This document shows positions 1 through 12,714 of a DNA stretch of 64,000 bases, piece after piece (the first letter of the stretch is position 1; each line of letters opens with the position of its first letter). The stretch spans positions 355,880,001 through 355,944,000 of the forward strand of contig OZ024742.1 in the NCBI GenBank assembly GCA_964016885.1, read 5' to 3'. The notes beneath the pieces were generated by a model that was not told the origin of the DNA, did not search any database, and worked only from the letters and a program-made list of their open reading frames with translations. The DNA comes from Eledone cirrhosa. Its lineage: Eukaryota. Both the position numbers and the translations under genes were made by a program.

Positions 1-393
1 AAATTATGGCTGTCACGTGAACAAGTTTCCATTAAATTGTTCGTGCCCTTATTTGGAAATACATTCTGTAGTCTTTTTAGAGAATGTTATGATAAGTGAA
101 AGATAATGGTCAAGAGAAAGGGATGGGAGAATTGTTCTGGTTCAGTGAATATGATTAGTTCGCTGGTGTGTCAGAATTCAGATTTTCTATTTAAGAAAGA
201 CAGTAAAGATATGTATGTTTATTTGTGTGCTTGTGTGTGTGTGTGTGCGTGTGTGTGTGTTTGAATTTCTTTACTTTAAAAAAAGGTGGCTCACGAAGGC
301 TTTTTTTAATAAACGTGATTTGATTAGTTATAAATAAAATTTGGCTGTCACGTGAACAAGTTTTCATTACATTTTTGCGCCCTTATTTGGAAA
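1..393. repeat. ~58-bp diverged direct repeat (1-60 and ~338-393), probably a PLE terminal region
   Basis: tggctgtcacgtgaacaagttt...gcccttatttggaaat occurs at both ends and the second copy runs into (TA)n. Confidence 0.5.
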
Positions 394-414
394 TATATAT
401 ATATATATATATAT

Positions 415-905
415 TTAGTTTTGTAATAAACAGCATAAAATAATTATTTCATTTACCAGTGGTTTCTTGATGTTATGTCTGTCTTCAGTGGTCAGAATGA
501 ATAAAAACACATGGTGTATTAATTAAATATGGATTTGAAAACAAAAACTAGGAAATATGAAAGTGAGGCTGGAAAATAAGAGCGAAAAGGAAATAGGGAA
601 AAATAAATATATATATATATATATAAATATATATATCCCGAACGTAAACATACACAAAATCAACTACGCGCATATACTAAAAAGTACATCGACGGGTACT
701 TTCTCACATAAGCGTATTTGCGTCTACATAGAAATACGGACAGGAGAATAAATTCATACAGATACATATACACAGATATATACATAAATATATACACATG
801 CATATACACAGATATATATGCACTCAAAAATGTACACACGAATACGGACAGTGGTTAGGAAGCAGGAATAACAGAATAAATAAATAAGAACAAAAGATCC
901 AAAAA
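415..905 (-). mobile_element. Non-coding PLE-type terminal fragment (arm A) with a degenerate hammerhead core
   Basis: Reverse complement of 7617-8105. The minus strand reads tgacca CTGAAGA cagacataacatcaa GAAA ccactggt. Confidence 0.55.
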
Positions 906-1007
906 TATATATATATATCTATATATGAAAGACGTAAAATAAGAAAATTATAAAAATTAACTTACTTACTAAAATTTCACTCAAAATAATTTGTTTCTGA
1001 AAGGGAA

Positions 1008-1062
1008 TAAACTTGGTTTCCGAAAGGAACACATGGAGAAGGGCTTTCGTCATCAGGAAGTC
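1008..1062 (-). ncRNA. Degenerate hammerhead ribozyme motif
   Basis: Minus strand: CTGATGA cgaaag ... ctttcg GAAA with a 6-bp stem II. Stems I and III cannot be fully formed. Confidence 0.45.
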
Positions 1063-1076
1063 TATTTATATATATA

Positions 1077-1133
<57 letters not shown>

Positions 1134-1279
1134 GAAAGTAAAAATCAAAATCAAAAACAAAATTAAAGTAAAGTAAAAAGAGGGGGACCTATTGACAATG
1201 ATAGGTGCGAGTGTGTGTGTGTGGGGTTGGGATGAATAAACACAACTTAAATATAAACAAATACACAAGATATCCATAA

Positions 1280-1322
<43 letters not shown>

Positions 1323-1740
1323 TGCATACATACCTATACACACATACCTATACACACACACGTATATATGTGTATGTATATATATATATATATAAAATAA
1401 ATATACGTACACATACACATACATGTGCATGCATATGCATATACATATATATATATATACATATATATATATGTATATATAGGTATATATATATATATAT
1501 GTATATGTATGCACATGTATGTGTATGTGTACGTATATTTATTTTATATATATACATACACATATATACGTGAGTGTGTATGTGTGTGTGTGTATAGGTA
1601 TGTATGCATGTATATGTGTATATATTTATATGGTTATGCATATATACACACACATATACACACATACACACACACACATATATACACACACACATACATA
1701 CACATATAGACACACACATCCACATGCATACACATACAAA
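1062..1740. repeat. Compound (TA)n/(CA)n/(TG)n microsatellite region
   Basis: Visible dinucleotide runs. The overlapping YI/CV/HT-rich ORFs are artefacts. Confidence 0.95.
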
Positions 1741-1834
1741 AAACACTACAATAAAATAGAAAAATGAATTTCAAAGGTACATAACCCACGTACATACGTA
1801 CACAAATCCAGGATACAGTTGCAGGGTAAATGTA

Positions 1835-2215
1835 ACACCAAATCTATTGTATATGAGACCAAATTGACACCAATGATTAATAACTAGACAGCAAGGAGTG
1901 AACGATATTTTGGCGTGACTCAGAACAGATTTAAAACCTGGTATCATGCACATGTCGCTTCCTTCAAATACCGTGAAAAAAGAACAGCAACGGCGCTGAA
2001 AATAAAGTGTGGGAGTTCAAACACAAACAGATTCCGTACACTATTGATTGGTTTATTTTAGACCACTCAATATAAGACCAAAGGAGCACAAAGAAATTTT
2101 CTTTGTGTACTACAGAAAAATTTAGAATTCACCAAAACTTGAAAACCCCTACCACTTGCCTCAACTCTAAGACCGAGATCATTAGATATTGTCCGCACCT
2201 GAAATTGCATATACT
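1835..2215 (+). pseudogene. Degraded PLE GIY-YIG endonuclease (Naiad-like)
   Basis: Hand translation gives KSIVYE...RYFGVTQNRFKTWYHAHVASF...VWEF...YTIDW...LCTTEK...LNSKTEIIRYCPH, with stops and frameshifts. Confidence 0.8.
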
Positions 2216-2813
2216 TGTTAACTGGATTAAAGTACAAACGATTACTCAACCACCTAGAGTTGTTTCTTTACTTATCACGCCTTGCACTCACTACCAATTT
2301 CATTACCTTAACAACACATACTTCCAACAATATATACTTTTTCTCCCTCATCTTTCTCTGTATATCGTTTTACTTATATCCCCTCCCCCTACTATCTACC
2401 ACACCTTTAATACATACAAACCCAACACCTTTATCCTTAACCTAGATCAATTTTTAACTATATACCCTTATCCAGATCTAATCACGAACACTTACTCACT
2501 GCTACAACCTTTACACCCCTTTTCTCCCTTACATGTTCTTAATAATTGTTTTTATTATTTTATTTTAGTTCAGTTTTACTCCCCTTTGCCTTTACTTATC
2601 CACTAGGTTTTTAAGTGTACTCACATAAGGTTATATGTGGGCGCATATGCAAACAGTCTTATGTATACTTACATATATACGTGTTTTTACATTTATATGT
2701 ATGTGCGTGTGTGTATGTGTGTATATATATAACAAAGAAATGGTGGTAAGGAACCAGATGGACCAAAACGCACCAGAGTACTCAATGCTTAGGGTAGTAG
2801 AGAGGGAAATAGG

Positions 2814-2921
2814 AAAAAGTATGACCCCGACGGCAGAGCTCAAGCCGTTTCGACGGCTATTTCTGGACTAAGAAATAGACGTCGAAACGGCTTCAGCTCT
2901 GCCTTCGCGGTCATACTTTTT
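2814..2921. repeat. 51-bp-arm hairpin (inverted repeat)
   Basis: 2814-2864 is the reverse complement of 2871-2921 with 4 mismatches and a 6-nt loop. Each arm contains gtcGAAAcggc (minus strand in the left arm). Confidence 0.9.
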
Positions 2922-2929
2922 ACTATATA

Positions 2930-5320
2930 TATACCTGAGCAGATCTTATCTCATACTAACCCTACGAGTGATGCATCACTACTTCAGCCGATCAATAGCA
3001 CCCGGAAGTGTAACTGTAAAGTGAGTGTTAACTGCCCTTTAAACGGTAACTGCCTCTCTAGCAACATTGTTTATGCTTGTGTAGTTAAAACTAATTCTAA
3101 TAGCACATATATAGGCTCAACATCTAACACTTTTAAGACTAGGTTTAATTCTCATATCTCTAATTTTAAACATGTTAAGTTTAAGAATTCTACTTCTTTA
3201 ACACACCATATCTGGGATCTTAAGGGGGCTAATATACCATATAGCCTTAATTGGCTAATAGTAGCACGCTCTAATAACCTTTCAACAAACACTAAATTAT
3301 GTAATCTCTGTATCCTTGAGACCCACTCTATAATTTTCTCTAGGGAACTCTTACTTAATAGAAAGTCTGAAATATTTTCTTCCTGCCCCACGCCATTTCT
3401 AATTCTTACTTTTATTATAAACCTAAAAGTTCTGGTTGTGTAAATTGTATCCATTAGCTGCTATATTCTCTTATCTTTTTTGTTTAGGTTCATTTTATTT
3501 ACCACCATCATTATCATTATTATTATTGGTTTTTAACAGCTTTTCGATCTAGCTATCATAGTCTTTTGGCTACCATACCATATCTATCTTCTTAAATATT
3601 ATGTTTTCACTATTAACTCCTTATGAGTTTATATCTGATTATATATTTTATTCTATTTTATTTTATTTTATTTTATTTTATTTTATTTTATTTGGATTCT
3701 CATTTAGATAATTAACCCCCTCCAACACAGTTGTCATTCGCCCCTTCAATTATACTATAATTATATTCAATTCCCTGTTATGCTCCTTTCTATTTTATTA
3801 TACAGTATATTGATTATGATTGTATGCTCCTTCGTATCCTCCATACCTTTCTTTTTTCTGTCCCCATTGGCCTACCATAGTTCTATTTAAGGTCCGTTTA
3901 TTAGATAACGTAATTCAACTGAAAGTAGAATATTTCATTCTATTCTGGATATTTTTAAACTTTAAAGATGTTGATTACTTAAACCATAGTTGATTTTGTA
4001 TTGACTTATTATGTATTTTAAATACTTTCAATTTAATTGATTTAATAAGGTTTTCTAGTCATTTATCCGGGTTTGATTCCTACTTTTTTTACTTAACTGC
4101 TTGTGACACCTAAGTAAATATATTTGTTTTTCTTTTACGATTTCCGGTTGATTGTATTTATATTTTTTCAGTACCGTGCGTAGTTTCTGTCTGGTTCTTG
4201 TTCACTTATTCACATATGTCTGTCTACCAACCATGTAATTATGTATACTATACTATGTTTGTTATTTGATATTGAAGTTGTTATATCATATCACTTTATG
4301 TAATCGTACTATGGATCTTAAATATTTACCGATTATTCGATGTACCCTTATGTTAAATTTTGTAAATTCTGTAATATGTTTATATTTTTATAATTTTTAT
4401 AATGTTTAGATAATATTTATTTATACCAATTGTATAAAAACTTGACCTCCGTCTGTTTTCTTACAACGGTATAGATATTTTTCCAGCACAATTTTTTCAA
4501 CACAATTTAGTTCTGTATGATATTTTTTTCTCACCCTGTGTGTAACTTTATATGATTTGTTAAGTTATATGCCAATATATTATAATATTGTTATTATAGT
4601 GTTATTGTAATATTTATATTGTTTGTGCAAATTGACCGGAGATTATAAATTATAAATTATATAATTATATAGTATATTATATATTATATGTTTATTTTTA
4701 TTCATTTCTTTATCATTTTATACTGTAAATAATATATGTATTATATTTATATTTAAACTCTTAATAAGTGTTAGTTTGTGTTTGTATTGATGGATATGTG
4801 TATTGATATATATATATATATATATGTACATATGTATATACATATATATGTATATTGGGCCTTTTAATATTATTATTATTATCATTATCAATTATATTAT
4901 ATTATATTATATTATATTATATATCGTACTGTAATTCTCGCTTTATATCACCACTTGTGTTTAGTTTTAGTTTTTGCATTGTACTATATTTGTAATATGG
5001 TTCAAAATGTTTTTCACTTCCTTAGCAAGTTTTACTTGATAATTGTCCTATGATTTAATGTATGTATACTCCATATTCTTCGGAGTTTTTGGCTTGTATT
5101 GGCCGATAGTGCTTCTTATAGCTTTACTTGCCCTGATGAGTCCTTAATAGGACGAAACATTGTTGGCTAATAAAGACTTTTGATGTATTGAAGGCTTCTT
5201 TGGTTTATTTTCATAATTCTTCGGCTCTGTTTAATTACATTGAGCTATATCTTTACTGTCATTTCTATAATATGAAGAGGGTGTTTAACTCCAACACACT
5301 CTAGTATTTCAATTCTTATA
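2930..5320 (+). mobile_element. 5'-truncated Naiad-like PLE: GIY-YIG domain, long AT-rich 3' UTR and terminal hammerhead
   Basis: RKCNCKVSVNCPLNGNCLSSNIVY...YIGST...FKTRFNSH...CNLCILE...LLNRKSE (~3000-3390), plus the HHR at 5130. Confidence 0.85.
5130..5167 (+). ncRNA. Minimal type I hammerhead ribozyme
   Basis: gcc CTGATGA gtcct taat aggac GAAA cattgt t ggc, followed by AATAAA at 5169. Confidence 0.85.
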
Positions 5321-5347
5321 TATAAATATATATGTGTTTGTATATAT

Positions 5348-6718
5348 ATTTCGTTTCTTAATTTGTTTAGCAAGATTCATTATCTGAAAACGTGTCTTGA
5401 AACCGAGCTCTGGTTAGATACTATTAATAACAAAAAACAAATCCTCCATTCCCATTATGCTAAACCCATAACTTCCAAATATCTGATCCACCGAAACTCA
5501 GCTGTTTCGGACCATACTAAAATCAAAATACTGATTGCGGATTTGGTACGGCTGATGAGAAAAGTGTCCGCATGTGCAACCCCAAAGAACTAGAGAGACA
5601 CATACAACACTTCATCCACCGTATGCAGTTCTCTGGTTACAATCAGAGAGATAAAATCAGAGTATATAGAGGAGCCAGAACCAAATGGGAAAAAATGGTA
5701 AATAATGATATTGAAGCAAATTTTGGAATATAATAGAAAGAAATAAGGAATAGGTTAATAGAATAAACTCATGGTATGATAGCAATAAATACCAGAGTGT
5801 AATGTTCATCGATACAACCCCTAGAGGTGAATTAGCTAACAAATTTAGAAGGGCCCTAGATAAACATGAACTCAATATTAAGATAGTAGAAAGACAAGGT
5901 ACCTCCATAAAAACACTTATTTGCAATACATACCCTTTTCAAAGACCTCACTGTATAGATAGGAAATGTATAATCTGTAAAATAAGCCCCCATATTAACT
6001 GTAAAATTAGAAATGTAGTATATAGCATAAGATGTACTGAAGGACAATGTAGAGATAGGAATATAGTGTACACAGGTGAGACAGTTCGTAGTATAGGGGA
6101 ACGGATAAATGAACACTGCCAAGAACTTCAAGTTAGTCAAGAATCATCTGTACTCCACCAACATGATAAAATAGAACATAAGGGTGAATTAGAGAACATA
6201 GAAATACAAATAGAATCTACACACAGAAAAGACGCAATGTTTAGACAAATCACAGCGGCAATAAACATAAATGAACTCCAACCAAAATTAAATAGAAAAC
6301 ATGAATGGAACAGCAACATCACAACTTACAATTAAGGACAAAATGAAAACACACACACATAGAACAAACAACCAACCAGTAACATGTAAATAAAACAATA
6401 AACAAATATAAACACACAGAGACACACGGATGTAACACATACGCAAACTAATCACACAACACAGACAAAAACAAGATGGCGTAGGACAGAAAAAAGGTGA
6501 GGCACAAAAACAAAGAAAATAATCCCAGTCCCTGAAGAGGTCACAGAATGTGTGACGAAATAACTTTGACAACATATGAACAATCGTCTGGTTGTGGAAC
6601 CAACCAACCAACGGGAAATTTATAAATTCCTAAATATATAAATTTAATATATAATAAATTGAAGTGAAAGAAACTGGTGCGTGTGTTTCTTATTGGCAAC
6701 ACGACCCTCCCAAAGCAT

Positions 6719-6726
<8 letters not shown>
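5348..6726 (+). mobile_element. 5'-truncated PLE of a second lineage: RT thumb, GIY-YIG and 3' terminal repeat
   Basis: ORF 5363-5593 (HYAKP...LIHRNSA) and ORF 5802-6335 (NVVYSIRC...YTGET.RS..ER..EH...LNRKHEW). Flanked by (TA)n. Confidence 0.9.
6528..6570 (+). ncRNA. Hammerhead ribozyme motif (partly degenerate)
   Basis: gtcc CTGAAGA g gtcaca gaatg tgtgac GAAA taactt tgac in the PLE 3' region. Confidence 0.65.
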
Positions 6727-6774
<48 letters not shown>

Positions 6775-6922
6775 TTATGATATCTTGTGTATTTGCTTAC
6801 ATTTAATTTTTTTTTATTCATAAATACACACAGACTCACACCTATCTTTGTCAACACGTTCCCCTCTTTTTACTTTATTTTGATTTTGTTTTTGATTTTG
6901 ATTTTTACTCTTTTATTTATAT

Positions 6923-7598
6923 ATCGTGATTTCGTGGGCTGATATTCCGATTCTCGATTATTCTACTATATTTAGCTCTAGACCTTAGCTATTGACCAGT
7001 TAATTTTATTGATGATTTTTCTGTTGATCTTATTGGCTGATGAATAGCTCTTGTTTATTTTAACACGTCTGTTGAGCACTCTGATTCGATATGTGATAAT
7101 TTGTATTCTTACATAATTTACACATCACCGAATTCTTTCGCTAATATAGGGGTTCCCTCCCTTGCTGAATACCATGTGCGTTTTTGGCTTTGGGTCCTCT
7201 CTGTATTATGGAACGAAATACTCGTTGAAGAAGCCTTTCCGCGTTCATCCTTTCTCTAGAAGTCTTATATATTTTTTATGTGGGCAGATAGTGATTGGAT
7301 TCAGGAATTGCAGAAACCCAAGAAGCTAGATTTAACATCTTTCTAGCGGGTCCGGGTTAGTTTTTTACATTCATTTAATTTATTAATTTATTGATATTTT
7401 ATTTGAGTGACCCGAATCTTCCTGGTCGTTCTCTTTCGGCTGCATGGGTGATTTTAGGCATGATCTCTATGTGTTGGTATTTTAACGATAGTTATAGCTC
7501 TGATTTTTCCAAATTATTGAGCCCTCTGCCACATATATCGGATATTATTTATCGTGATTTCGTGGGCTGATATTCCGATTCTCGATTATTCTACTATA
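6923..7598. mobile_element. Unclassified ~675-bp insertion with identical ~48-bp direct terminal repeats
   Basis: tatcgtgatttcgtgggctgatattccgattctcgattattctactata occurs at ~6923-6971 and ~7550-7598. Confidence 0.6.
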
Positions 7599-7616
7599 TA
7601 TATATATATACATATA

Positions 7617-8105
7617 TTTTTTTGGATATTTTGTTCTTATGTATTTATTTAGTTATTTCTGCTTCCTAACCACTGTCCGTATTCGTGTGTACATTTTTGA
7701 GTGCATATATATCTGTGTATATGTATGTGTATATATTTATGTATATATCTGTGTATATGTATCTGTATGAATTTATTCTCCTGTCCATATTTCCTTGTAG
7801 ACGCTAATACGCTTATGTGAGAAAGTATACGTCTACGTACTTTTTAGTATATGCGCGTAGTTGATTTTGTGTATGTTTACGTTCGGGATATTTATATTTT
7901 TATATATATATATTTTTTTACCCCTATCTCCTTTTCGCACGTTTTTTTCAGCCCCACTTTCATATTTTCTAAATTTTGTTTCCAAATCCATATTTAATAA
8001 ATACACCATGTGTTTTTATTCATTTTGGCGACTGAAGACAGACACAACATCTGTCTTCAAGAAAATACTGGTAAATGAAATAATTATCTTATGTTGTTTA
8101 TTACG
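7617..8105 (+). mobile_element. Non-coding PLE-type terminal fragment (arm A'), inverted copy of 415-905
   Basis: Colinear reverse-complement match. Contains CTGAAGA cagac...ctgtc. Confidence 0.55.
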
Positions 8106-8177
8106 TAGCTAATAAGCTCTGTAGCCTAGATAAAGCATTCTTTTTTCCTGTACCTTTCTGGCGGAAATACTTCATTT

Positions 8178-8180
<3 letters not shown>

Positions 8181-8255
<75 letters not shown>

Positions 8256-8266
8256 ACACACACACG

Positions 8267-8306
<40 letters not shown>
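8181..8306. repeat. (CA)n-(TA)n microsatellite
   Basis: Direct reading. Confidence 0.95.
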
Positions 8307-8309
<3 letters not shown>

Positions 8310-10599
8310 AATTTAAACGTCATATAGAATAGTAAGAGATGACTGACTAAAAGATGTTTCTAATACCACTTGCAATTAAAAACAAACAGATGAGAGATGG
8401 CGAGAGAAAAGATAAAACAAATAGAAGGCAAATAAGAGACAAAGGAAGCATGGTATATGGTATTCAAAGTAGAGGATGGAATCTGGTTAGTATAACCAGT
8501 AGAGATCATTGAATTTGCTATCAACGTATATTCTGACTAGAAACAATTTGGTATCGTTTTCTTATCAAGACAGTGACAGGCTGAAACAATATCATTTAAT
8601 CACTTAGAAATGTTGGTTATTATTTTTGATATGGCTGTGAAGCATTTGTCTATTTATCTTTACTCCCGGGTCTTGAATGGTCACCCCACCACCTATTCAT
8701 TTTTCTCATTTCTTCTCATTTTCAATTTTGCTATTCTATCTCCACCGAAATTCTGGACAATTAATACAATTTATACATTAAAAGAAAGGGAAAATAATTT
8801 GGATGAGTTAGAGTATGTAAACCAAACGACTGATTCTGGTTTTTAAAACATCAAGGGAAACAACGTAGAAAGATTACCGATTTTCAAATGCACCCACCCC
8901 ACTTATTTAAACTACCTCGCTTATTCTAACTCCCCTCCCGCTTATTCCAACATCCCCTATTATTTGGCACCCGAGAGTACACGAAATACAGCAAAAGGGA
9001 CTGATATTTTGAATTGAATGCTGACAACCATGGTAGAATTTCAGGTCAGTCCAGCAACAAATCGACAGCGGATAGTGTGGATATCTATCTACACATGGTA
9101 TACTTAACAAGATACGAAATTGAAACTCCTTGGCTGATGCCCCTATCTGCTCTCAATTAAACTACTGCATATCTCCGATCATACATAAGTTACACTGAAA
9201 ATATATATTGATTGTCCTCGTTTGTATTTTAATGCTTCCATTTATAATGTATTGACGATTCCTGTAATTGCTTCAATGTTTATGCTAGATGCATCCTATG
9301 TGCAATTGCCTTTGTTAGTTATAAATTAGCCTCTGCCATCTGTTATTGTGGTATATTGGTGGATTTGACGATATCTGTGTTGGGGCTGTAAAGTTGTATC
9401 CTGAATTATTACAATTTGAATGGTGTATGAGGGTCAAATTACTATTTCCATAAAGCCATTTTAGGCCACTAATTTTATTTTGCAGAATTTGTGATTAAAC
9501 TACTGAAACCTCCCAGTGTAGTTTATATTCTTCGCATCATTGTTGCTTTGGGAATAGACATTATGGTAGTATTACCAATTATTTTATTGATTTCCTTTAC
9601 AATTTGTTTATGTTAGTTTTGGGAAAATTGTGTTATCTGAACACGTGGAAGTATCTAATAAAAATGCGTAGATTTTCATCCATTTTCCTATGTGATTCCT
9701 GAAGTTTCAACGCTGTCCTATTTCTTTTACATCTGGTGTTGAACTACACTTTATATTATAATTTCTGTCTTTCGAATATGTGTATTCATCCCGGATTATT
9801 TTCAAGTTCATTATGTTTATGGTTCAGCTGACCACTAACCCATCTATTTACGAAACAGTAATGTGAAATTTAAAGGTAACGTGACTATTAATTCTAGCAA
9901 TCGAACGATCGCTTAAAAGATGAAAATAACAGATGCCTTACAAATAAAAGACATTGTATTGATTTCTTTCATCAGTATTTACCAAATTTAAAATCTGATC
10001 TTGTGTAACCTTATATATCAGACAATTGCAAAATATATGTGACGTGAAGAAATTCGTTTTACAGTTTAAATAGAAGGAAATTGCTTCGATGACGAATTAA
10101 AATAACTTTCAATAATAGTTTCTAAATCAAGAAACGGTTTCAAGTAGCATAGGAAAATGAAATTCTGTGATATTCATGCCAATCATAAATGCGTTAACTG
10201 ATGCTGGCACATGCAGCTAACATAGTTCTGACATAACTGACGTTTGCCATTTGCTCTAAGGTATCGAAAAAAAAAATGAAATATGTTTAAAATGATAATT
10301 TATTTGTTTAAAATATGTGGTTTCTATAAAAGTTAAAACATCATGTTGTGTTTCCCCTTAGAATAATAAAGAAACTAATTTCTCTATCGAAATAAAAAAA
10401 AACATTCAACTGAATACGAATGTGTTTTTTAATAGACGTAACCTTTTAAAGAAAGTAAAATTTATATATTTGTATTTGATTAAACATACAGAAAAAGAAA
10501 GCAAAGCAGGATTGGAAAAGAAGTATAAATACCATAAATGAAAGGAAAAGGAGGGTAAAGCAAGGACTACTAGACCAAGGAATAAATAATTGTGGAAGG

Positions 10600-10775
10600 A
10601 AAGACGGTGCCACTCTACACGTAGGTTAGAGAGTCGTATTTTGGCTGTACCCTTTGGTCAAAATGTCAAAGGCAATTCCGCGGAGGATTGCCAATGACAG
10701 AAGCAGCAACAGCCGCCCCACCTCGCGGGACTCCTTCCTCAGACAGGCTGCTATCGATCCGATTTTACGGAGGAG
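10600..10775 (-). pseudogene. 3'-terminal relic of a CRE-clade element
   Basis: LLRKIGS...ESREVGRL...LSLAILRGIAFDIL parallels LLTTIGA...EPRELEWL..RVSLAVLRGNAFNIL of ORF 12715-13176. Confidence 0.7.
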
Positions 10776-11299
10776 ATTGGATGTACAATAGGTGTAATTA
10801 GATTCCCTCATATTAGGATCACCAACAGAACTACATGATGTCTATAACATTTTACAACAAATTTAGGCCAAACTATATAAGAAAGAAAATATAACAAAAT
10901 TGTTATAAATAGATGTAATGAAATTGTTGAAAACAGTGAAACCTTTAAAGTAATGTTTAAGATATTTAATGGCTACAATCTACACAGATGCATAGGTATG
11001 TTCTCTCTGACATTAACATAGACTAACATCGGAGAATTTGATAATGGACGATACATCCGAAATGTAAGGACTAATAAATATATCCAATATAACATTACCT
11101 CTGATATGTGATTGTTTTCCTTCTCCAGTCAACATCACCTTTCTTTTCATATTCGATTCTGTTGCTTTAATATTGACGACCTCACCTGCATTGCACCGAC
11201 TGCCAAAATATAATCAATGTTCATACTACACAATCCTTCAAGCAAAACACAACACACACTCACACGCACGGAGACACATGTACATACACACACACACAT

Positions 11300-11404
<105 letters not shown>

Positions 11405-12714
11405 GATAGAAACAACAGTAACAACAAAAAACAGGTCAGTTACTTTTCCGTCAAACTCAACTTACCCTCCATTTTGCATAATTGATCCTTATGTTTCATT
11501 CCACATTATATATTATATAATCAAGCAAACTAAAATATTATATATACATATATATGTGTATGTGTGTGTGTGTGTATGTGTGTATGTGTGTGTGTGTGTG
11601 TGAGTGTGTGTGTGTGTGTGTTGTGTGTGTGTGTGTATACGCGTACGTGTGTGCGTATGTATGTCTGTCACCACCACCACTAAATGTGCCAACAGACATC
11701 ACACTCTCTCTTAATACCGACCTCAGGAAGTACCAAGCTACTTGCCTATTACCTCCAGCCTGGTCTCATTCTTCCTTCCCAGCTTAGCGATGTATGACCT
11801 CACAAAGTTACTCACTCTATTTAAGAGCACTTTTTTATCTCACACCCTCCCTTGGCTAAACAACTCTCCCCCTCCTCTGAAAAACCATTTTTCACACCCT
11901 TTCCCTGGCATATTATTTTTCTCTCTTGGCAAATAACATATCTTTATTTATGCAATTGCTAGACCTTGTGATTAAGTGTTTCGTGACAGAACAATTTATC
12001 AAAACTAACGCCACTTTGTGTTAATTAATAAAACATAATACTTGGTTTACGAAGGAAGCGAATCTCCAAAACAATCAGTCATGTAGAGCAAAGTAAAATA
12101 TTGCTTAATTGACCAGACTGCTTTGACAGTTAACTGTTCCATATTGTTTTTGTTCTTTAGCCATAATTTAAGAGTTATTCAATGATAATTATGATAATGG
12201 AACTGAAAAAAACTTTTCTATGATTCTAAGTTACTATTCGCATGTATAAAGTGTGGAATTTACAAACATGAGGCAACGAGTTTGATCCGACTGCTTATCA
12301 TGAGTATATAAAGTCTGTACCGTAGTCTTATGTTGACCAGAGGCTTGTTAGTAGAAACGGAAAGGCAGAAACTACCTGAAAGCCCATCGAATGTAGAGGG
12401 AATCTCTTGTAATTCAAACGTCCAGATTTGTTTTACATTGTGAGACGTTGATTTGGTTTGGAAATTAGATTAAGTGTAAACGTCTCTGTGGAATAAATTC
12501 TAAACTCGGTAATTCAACGTGTTAGAGATTCATTTGCCCGAAAAATTGAATGATCATCGTGGAATCCAGCGGAGAATCTACCATTAGTTTCATATCTTAT
12601 TGAACTTCGAATAATTTAATATAGTAATTCATTAAATAGTCTAGGGAGTTGAAACAAGATACTAACAATTATGCTAACAACTATAATGCAGCAGTGTGAA
12701 AGAATGGTATTTAA

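Noticed and set aside
9230-9420. hAT transposase relic (AHRMHLA on the minus strand; a similar CAH motif near 17705)
   Set aside because: Only a few residues match, the spacing to other motifs is wrong and there are many stops.
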